64,000 bases of DNA. Origin: Octopus sinensis (lineage: Eukaryota). A program made the translations under genes and the position numbers. Positions 56,396 to 64,000 of the stretch are shown one piece after another. Within the stretch, counting starts at the first letter, position 1, and each line of letters starts with the position of its first letter. The stretch is from the NCBI RefSeq assembly GCF_006345805.1, contig NC_043002.1:17732001-17796000 (forward strand), read 5' to 3'. Below the pieces are notes generated by a model. The model had not been told where the DNA came from, did not search any database, and worked only from the letters and a program-made list of their open reading frames with translations.

Positions 56396-56623
56396 ATTTA
56401 TAGATAGATAGATAGATAATGTTTCTTTATTAGACACACAGGGTTAAACAAAGAAGGGACAAAGAGTTTTTCTTTTTCAGGAGAAAAAAATGTGGGGTAG
56501 ATTTTCGATCAAATGTGATCGTAAAAAGTAAAGAAAAAAAACAATCAATAAATATCGTGTATCACAGAAATGCCATGATGTAAAGTGTAAAGGGGAAAGC
56601 AGATAAGGTTTATCCGTGGAAGT

Positions 56624-56624
<1 letters not shown>

Positions 56625-56715
<91 letters not shown>
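56625..56715. repeat. (GATA)n microsatellite
   Basis: Direct reading. Confidence 0.95.
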
Positions 56716-56716
<1 letters not shown>

Positions 56717-57454
56717 AAGGCAGACACACAGTCATATTATTAGTTTCTTATAAACAAGCAATAACACAGATTTGAGAGTTGAACATCTAAAAAGTTTAAA
56801 TTGTCTCAGCCTTAGTCTCATGAAAATCATAAGAACTGAAGTGAACTTGTTTACTCTGGCCATCGAACTTGCATTTTATATGTGCTGCAACGTTTCGGTA
56901 ACGAGTATTCGACTGCACTGAATACAAACAGGATTATTGTGTCTAAGTAAACTCGCTTTCTTAACACGATCTCTACTCTCAAAGGTTTCATTAAATGCTC
57001 TGGTATTAAAAGCGATTACTTTATTTAAAAGTTATACAGAAATGCGTGTCTGCGTCGCGAGCGTGTGTGAATTTATACGTACATCTATTTATGTAATTAT
57101 GTTTGACTTCGAATGAAAGAATTACTATATATTTCGCTAGTTTCGGGCTGCGTGTAATGAGATAAAAAAACAAACAAAAAAAACTGGTATCTGTATTTCA
57201 AGGAATTAAGAATTAAATATATAAAATTTTAATGAAAGAAATATCCCCACAAGGTCATAAGTGATAAAGAAAATGGTAAAGAACAGTGTCGATAAAAGAT
57301 TTAATAGAATTTTACAATTGACAAAGATAGATATATTCTAAGCTGTTTAAGAATAGTTGAACCGTTGAGAGAATAAACTAAAATAACCACACAAGACGTC
57401 ATGACAGTAAGCCGGTATGTATACACAGAAACGTACACGCATACACACAAATAC

Positions 57455-57766
57455 ATATATATATATATTTACACACACACATAGATATGTAAAGACATAT
57501 GTGTATCTATCTTAACTATAGCTTTTTATCACTCTCATCTGTATATCTTTATGTGTCTAAATAAATATATATGCACATCAATATATACATAAGTATATAA
57601 ACACATACATATATGGGTATGTTTGTGTGTGTGAGAGAGAGAAAGTGTGAGTGCATATACATGTTTAAACATATCTATCATTTTTGTCATTGCACCTCTC
57701 TCTCTCGCTCTCTCTCTCTCTCTTTCTCCATCGCTTTCCCTCTCTTTCACCCGCACACACATATGC

Positions 57767-57819
<53 letters not shown>

Positions 57820-58120
57820 CACACACACATAGATATGTAAAGACATATGTGTATCTATCTTAACTATAGCTTTTTATCACTCTCATCTGTATATCTTTAT
57901 GTGTCTAAATAAATATATATGCACATCAATATATACATAAGTATATAAACACATACATATATGGGTATGTTTGTGTGTGTGAGAGAGAGAAAGTGTGAGT
58001 GCATATACATGTTTAAACATATCTATCATTTTTGTCATTGCACCTCTCTCTCTCGCTCTCTCTCTCTCTCTTTCTCCATCGCTTTCCCTCTCTTTCACCC
58101 GCACACACATATGCATATAA

Positions 58121-58138
<18 letters not shown>
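57455..58138. repeat. 348-bp tandem duplication (2 copies)
   Basis: TTTACACACAC at 57468 and 57816, ATGGGTATG at 57613 and 57961. The copies look identical by eye outside the (AT)n tract. Confidence 0.95.
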
Positions 58139-58160
<22 letters not shown>

Positions 58161-58901
58161 ATGTGTGTGTGTGTGTGTGTGTATGTGTGTGTGTGTGTGT
58201 GTATACGTAAATATACATACATATGCATAAATATAAAAACATACATACATACATACATACATCCCTACATACATACATACATGCATAGTGTTCTTACATA
58301 CATATATATCAGGATTGTTGCTATGTACTCGGATAAAAACCACGCTTGTCAATATGACGGATTAATCCAGCTTAGGGGAATGACAATCTAGAAAAATCGG
58401 TCCAGGAGAGAGAAACATTCATCGTTAGGAAAGAGAACTTTGTCACAAGACATTTCGAGATGTGAACAAAGAAAGAATATAAACACGGTAGTCAACGTGA
58501 TGCGTCACAATTAGGATTGCATAAGCATTATTTATTTCCATTGTATAATTACTGCCTGGACTGATACTATTACACTGTAATAGAATAGTATTATCCCAAT
58601 GTAGTTATATAGAGATTAGCTATCCTTATCTACTGCTATTTTCAATTGGAAAGCTGGATATACAGAGACTAAGCGCTTGAAATAGTATAGCAGTAACGGA
58701 TAAGTATAAGATTCGTTTCCATTTTACTGCATTATTTTCACTAACAAGAATAATACTTAGTTTTATATAGTAATATATTATAAATAGAATTATTTAAGAT
58801 TTCATTGGAAGATCAATGTGATTGTCATGTTCGTATTGTAGAGATGGAGAAAAGTTTGACGATTTACAAAAGTAATATCTTAAATTCAACTGCATGATGT
58901 A

Positions 58902-59468
58902 TCGGGTTGTCAGGAAAGTTCGTGCCGATTTATAGTAGCTTACGTTTCGACTTATATTAGAACATGTTTGTGTCCAGAAATTAGGATTTTACTACACCCC
59001 CATTTAGAGCACAGTTTAAGCTATCTTTTCGTGGAAGAAAGTTTATGTTCCTATAACCTGCGTTAATTCTGTAAACCTTTAAAATGGAAGATAAGAAAGT
59101 TCATTTTCGGCATTTGAAGCTTCGGGAACCAGACAAAAATTGCTGCAGCTCGGCTGGGATGTGTTACTCCACCCTCCATATTCACCAGATATTGCTCCTT
59201 CGGATTTCCATTTATTCAGGTCTCTGCAGAATAATCTTAATGGTAAAAATGTCAATTCCTTGGATGACATAGAAAAGATACCTTAATGAAGTATTTGCCT
59301 GGAAACCACCTCAATTCTGGGAAGAGGGTATTTGCAAGTTAAATGAACGATGGAGACGCATCGTGCAACAAAATGGTTCGTATTTGGCTGATTAAAAATG
59401 TAATGTCAAGTATTTATTGACCTTTTACTTTCCTTTAAAATTCGGCACGAACTTTCCGGACAAACCTA
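58902..59468 (+). mobile_element. Internally deleted mariner (mellifera-like), 567 bp, both TIRs present
   Basis: TA-TCGGGTTGTCAGGAAAGTTCGTGCCGATTT ... AATTCGGCACGAACTTTCCGGACAAACCTA-TA. MEDKKVHFRHL is fused to GTRQKLLQLGWDVLLHPPYSPDIAPSDFHLFRSLQNNLNGK. Confidence 0.93.
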
Positions 59469-59797
59469 TAATACATGTATATGTATTAGAATATAATGTG
59501 CAAAGACTATAATAGTAGTTGTTTATAGGAATAGTATATTATGGTCGTTGAGAGGAAGGCATATAAGATAATATGTTGTGTAAATAAGAAAAAAATAGTC
59601 TAAGGTGAGTACTGAGAGATAGAATATATGCTGGCGGGCAATGTTAACCAGAAAGGATTCTCGAATTATAGATATGAAAGTTAATTCAAGATACCTTAGA
59701 ATTTAACCACTACCGTAATCGACTCACTACAAAAACGACTCTTTTCGCAATAGGACGGTCAGTTAGGATAGTGAATCTCACACGCATGTCATATGAA

Positions 59798-59847
<50 letters not shown>

Positions 59848-60133
59848 TCAGGGAATGCTAATTATTCCACGTTTTCAGGATATTTACTATTTTACATTTT
59901 ACTAATGCAAAGCAAACAGTATCCATTATAATATTATTATTACAAATTTGGGACTTTACCAATAGGACAACAACTTCAATTTCAGGACAACCATATTTAC
60001 TGGAGTAAACATAGAAAGTTATATCCAAAATACTAATCTAATAATATAAACATTTTAAAGCCTACTATGACGTACAATAAAATAAAGTACAATAGAATTA
60101 ATTTTAAAAAATTAAACATATTTAAATATATGC

Positions 60134-60165
<32 letters not shown>

Positions 60166-60166
60166 T

Positions 60167-60208
<42 letters not shown>

Positions 60209-60249
60209 CTGTTATTAGACTGTGGGAAAAGAAGATAATATTAATCAAC

Positions 60250-60325
60250 GCTACGTGTTTCTGCCCTCGTAGTTTGATTTACCAGGCCGTACCTAATACA
60301 TAAATCCATCAGTGCGTCCTCAGGC
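60250..60325 (-). ncRNA. Degenerate hammerhead-like motif (family F3)
   Basis: Minus strand: GC-CTGAGGA-CGCAC..long loop..GGGCA-GAAAC-AC-GTA-GC. Core words intact, helix II has two mismatches, helix I only 2 bp. Confidence 0.35.
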
Positions 60326-60573
60326 TATTTTCTTTTTATTATTATTATTAGTGGATCCAGCTTAATCCTATAAATTCTAAGATATCTTCATTAAAAATAA
60401 GAATAAAAATAAATATATATAGATATATATATACATATATATATATATATAACTTTCTAATATATTTTTACAAAATTGAAAAGATTCCAAAAATTACAAA
60501 ATTATACAATTTTAAAAAATTCATTAATATTTCATAAAATTGAACACCTAAAAATACAGTAGCGATATATATG

Positions 60574-60643
<70 letters not shown>

Positions 60644-60644
60644 A

Positions 60645-60815
60645 TCCAAACATGAAAACAACAAGAGAAAACACAACGCGAGGACGTGGAACAAGTATAG
60701 TGTTATTAGACGCTCAGGAAGGAATGAAGGAGGATATCAAGTTTCGAGCGGAGCTCTTCGTCAGAAACCTAGGAAAAGGAAAGATCCAAGGAAGGGAAGA
60801 CGGAGGAAAAATCGC
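60645..60815 (-). mobile_element. Penelope-like pseudo-LTR (family F1) with a damaged hammerhead
   Basis: Minus strand: GGTTT-CTGACGA-A-GAGC tcc GCTC-GAAAC, but the GTH triplet and helix I 3' strand are lost. Flanks are collinear with 34630-34800. Confidence 0.7.
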
Positions 60816-60887
<72 letters not shown>

Positions 60888-61123
60888 TGCACTAAAGTGA
60901 ATAATGGGCAATATTGCTAGAAATAAAAGTCAAAGCAACTCAATATATATCTGTCTGTATCGATACAGTTCTATATCTAAGAAATGAGAAATTGTGTACA
61001 TTATTTACATTATTTATATTTGCTGGATATTTGTCCTAATTTTGTTCGTTGTTAACACAACGTTTCTTCTGATGTACCCTACACACCTTATCAGGTGCCT
61101 TGGGGAAATTTCGAACGTATTTT

Positions 61124-61290
61124 TAATAATAATAATAATAATGAATACCTTAGGAATGAGAACCCAGGTTCGAAATTTCTCCAAGACACATGTAAGCTGG
61201 AGGATATATCAGCCGAAACGTCGTGTTAACAATAAATAAGATGAGGACAAATATCCGTCAAATGTAAATAAAGTAAATAATGTAAATAAT
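61124..61290 (+). mobile_element. Family F2 repeat with the hammerhead core deleted
   Basis: (AAT)n, then a body collinear with 49655-49800. Retains GCTG..CAGCC-GAAAC-GTC-GTGTT, but CTGATGA is replaced by ATGTAA. Ends in AAATAA(T/A)GT-like repeats. Confidence 0.8.
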
Positions 61291-62091
61291 GAGCCTTTAT
61301 GGATGTACTGGCAGAAGAGAGGTTCTCAATATATATAGGAGATAGACCTTATTTATCTTTATTTATTCTTTCGAAGTTGATAATGCGTCCTGGCCCCTCT
61401 CAGTGTTTCTTGCTAAGTGTAATCCATCTAACAGCAAAAATTATATACATTTGTCAGGAAAAATGTTTACGTATGTATATGTATGCTTTCTCATTGCTGC
61501 TCTATGTATCAGTATGTGTTTAAATATATGAGTAATTAAACTTAATTTGGACTTGATTCAAAGATTAACAAATTTCTGTTGTCTTCTGTTGTTCATCCAT
61601 CGAATTAACCAAACTTCGATTTTCCTTTTGAAAGCTTTCTATATGTCAATAAGAATTACGGAAGACTTGTGAATGCTACAGTAAATTACTTTTATTCTGT
61701 CTAACGTATTTAAGTTTAAATGGAAGAGTTAGGTTACTTAACTTAACGAATCTGATGATTAATGTAACTACGAGAATTGTTATAATTATATAAGACATAT
61801 ATCAATGAATAATTGAGAAGAATGACTTGTTTCTGAAGGTTATGTAATATCTGTAGGTCAATTAAGATCACAGATTAGCAATGATTAATCATTTATGGCG
61901 TCATTTTTATGTCATTTACTTTTTTTCCGTATAAGATTAGCAATGCCCACAGATATTTCAAGTATTGCTGCCTTCGTGTAGTTGTCATGTTAGAGACGTA
62001 GGGACTTCTCTATCTTTTGTAATTTAAAATTGAAAAGAAAGCGTGAGTAGTGAGTGTATCTTCGGTAGTTACTCTTCCGCGTGGAAACATT

Positions 62092-62677
62092 TGGCGGCGA
62101 GCTGGCAGAAACGTTAGCACGCCGGGCAAAACGCTTAGCGGTATTTCATCTGGTAGTTCAAATTCCGCCGAGGTCGACTTTGCCTTTCATCCTTTCGGGG
62201 TCGATAAATTAAGTACCAGTTACGCACTGGGGTCGATGTAATCGACTTAATACCTATGTCTGTCATTGTTTGTCCCCTCTGTGTTTAGCCCCTTGTTGGT
62301 AATAAAGAAATAGGTATTTCATCTGCCGCTACGTTCTGAGTTCAAATTCCGCCGAGATCGACTTTGCCTTTCATCCTTTCGGTGTCGATAAATTATGTAC
62401 CAGTTACGCACTGCGGTCGATGTAATAAATTTAATCCGTTTGTCTGTTCTTTGTCCTCTCAATGTTTAACCCCTTGCAGGCAATAAAGAAATAGGTATTT
62501 AGTCTACTGTCAGGTTCTGAGTTCAAATTCCGCCGAGGTTGACTTTGCCTTTCATCCTTTCGGAGACGATAAATTAAGTATCATTTACGCACTGAGGTCG
62601 ATGTAATCGACTTAATCCCTTTGTCTGTCCTTGTTTGTCCCTTCTATGTTTAACCCCCTGTGGGTAGTAAAGAAATA
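62092..62677 (+). mobile_element. Family A SINE trimer (one head plus three bodies)
   Basis: Bodies start GGTATTT at 62140, 62313 and 62494. A 9-bp TSD GGAAACATT at 62083-62091 and 62678-62686 flanks the whole array. Confidence 0.92.
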
Positions 62678-63032
62678 GGAAACATTAGGAGAGAAAGAAT
62701 TTGATAAAGATTTTCGTTTTTTATGATTAAAGTCATGAGGAAAATAAAGGTGTGTAGCTCATGCGTTTTACTCGATGTAGTGCAGCTGTAACTGTTTCAT
62801 AGGAGAGTAAATTTGCAGTAACTCTGTAATTAAAATATATGTAGAACTGAGCTTTGGAGCTGTATTTTTTTCCAGTATAAATGTATGTAAATAGCACGGA
62901 TAGGTTTTGGTTCGATAGAGCATTTTAGTGACCGAGCACATATGCATAGAGATATGCAATCACGCACATACAGAAACACATATGCGTACATTCTTACTTA
63001 CATGCATAATCACACACACAAATATTTATACA

Positions 63033-63908
63033 TAAGTGGTGTGATCAATTAGTACCAGGACTGTTGCCATAGTAACGAAGCGAAAGCATGCACAGTAAAG
63101 CCGCTTGGCACAACCTGACCTTAAACTCGATTGTACATGCTCACTAAGTTTTAATATTCTAGTTCACTTTCGCTGTTTACAGCAGTCCTTGGAAGGAAGG
63201 TATATAGCGTGAGATCGACGCATTGACCACGACAGTGAAACCTGAGCAGAGAATTTGCATCAAATTTTGTCAAACGTTTGGTGATACCTCCTCAGAGGCC
63301 TACGCAAAGCTTTCATAAAGTTTTCATCGCTCTCGGTACAATCAAGATCTTGTGCAACAGAAAACCTAGTGTCTTTTTGATCAACCGAATGCAGTTTTGG
63401 CACCAACCTGACAGGTACACATCCCATACCCAAATCTTCATTGATAATGGACTGAACTGAACTATAACTCATCTGTATATCCTCTGATAATCACGGATGG
63501 TAATTCGACAATTTCCCGTTACAGTTGCAGGTACATCGAGTATTTTCTCAAATCTGCTGGTTGCGGGTCTCCCAGAACGTTCATATCGACATTTTCTTGG
63601 CTATCTTAGAAAGGTCTGAACCACTCGTACACTTGTGTGCGGCTCATATACTCCTCTCCATACGCTTTCTGAAACTTTGCGTAAACCTCTGAGCAGGTAT
63701 CACCTTGACAACTTTCTGTGTCATGGTCAATGCAACGATCACACACTGCACATCTACCTTCAAGCTCTGCAAGGAACTGAGCTAGAACGTTAAAGCTTAG
63801 TGCACATGCACAACAGAGTAAGGTCAGTCTTTGCCTAGTGGCTTTACACTTCTTGCCTTAGCTTCGTTACTATACCAACAGTCCCGTACGTACTTACTTC
63901 CCCGCTTA
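63033..63908. mobile_element. Mariner derivative made of two inward-facing 5' ends
   Basis: Left arm (+, to ~63315) encodes EQRICIKFCQTFGDTSSEAYAKL. Right arm (-) encodes GDTCSEVYAKFQKAYG..TQVYEWF..ERSGRPATS..VPVRLVPKL..DENFM. The terminal ~130 bp are imperfect inverted copies. Confidence 0.8.
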
Positions 63909-64000
63909 TATACATACTCATTCAGATAGGTGCGTATATTTATAGATACACACACAAACACACAGACACACATACATTCATACATGCATGTGTACATGCA

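Noticed and set aside
62140-62677. Regularly spaced repeats as a possible CRISPR array
   Set aside because: The units are whole 173-184 bp SINE bodies with no unique spacers, there are no cas genes, and the context is eukaryotic.

Overview
Eukaryotic, very AT-rich, repeat-saturated DNA that looks intronic or intergenic. It most resembles a cephalopod (octopus-like) genome; this is an inference from my recollection of the SINE types and the extreme microsatellite density, not a verified assignment. I find no intact host protein-coding gene, rRNA, true tRNA or CRISPR array, and almost all ORFs in the supplied track are microsatellite read-throughs. What can be supported: (i) a near full-length but frameshifted ~3.95-kb R4/Dong-clade non-LTR retrotransposon (RT + CCHC + RLE endonuclease, minus strand) flanked on both sides by (TAA)n, plus three more R4-like 3' fragments and one CRE-like RLE fragment; (ii) at least five tRNA-derived SINE families, several with clear target-site duplications; (iii) decayed Tc1/mariner elements, a Chapaev-like element and a Penelope-like GIY-YIG remnant; (iv) six minimal type I hammerhead-ribozyme motifs from three repeat families: two with a fully canonical core, one with a variant core and three decayed. 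The most interesting structures are the hammerhead-bearing short repeats, SINE multimers joined at one recurrent GGTATTT junction (apparent self-targeting or multimeric reverse transcription), clustering of unrelated elements at (AAT)n tracts, and a mariner derivative built from two 5' ends.
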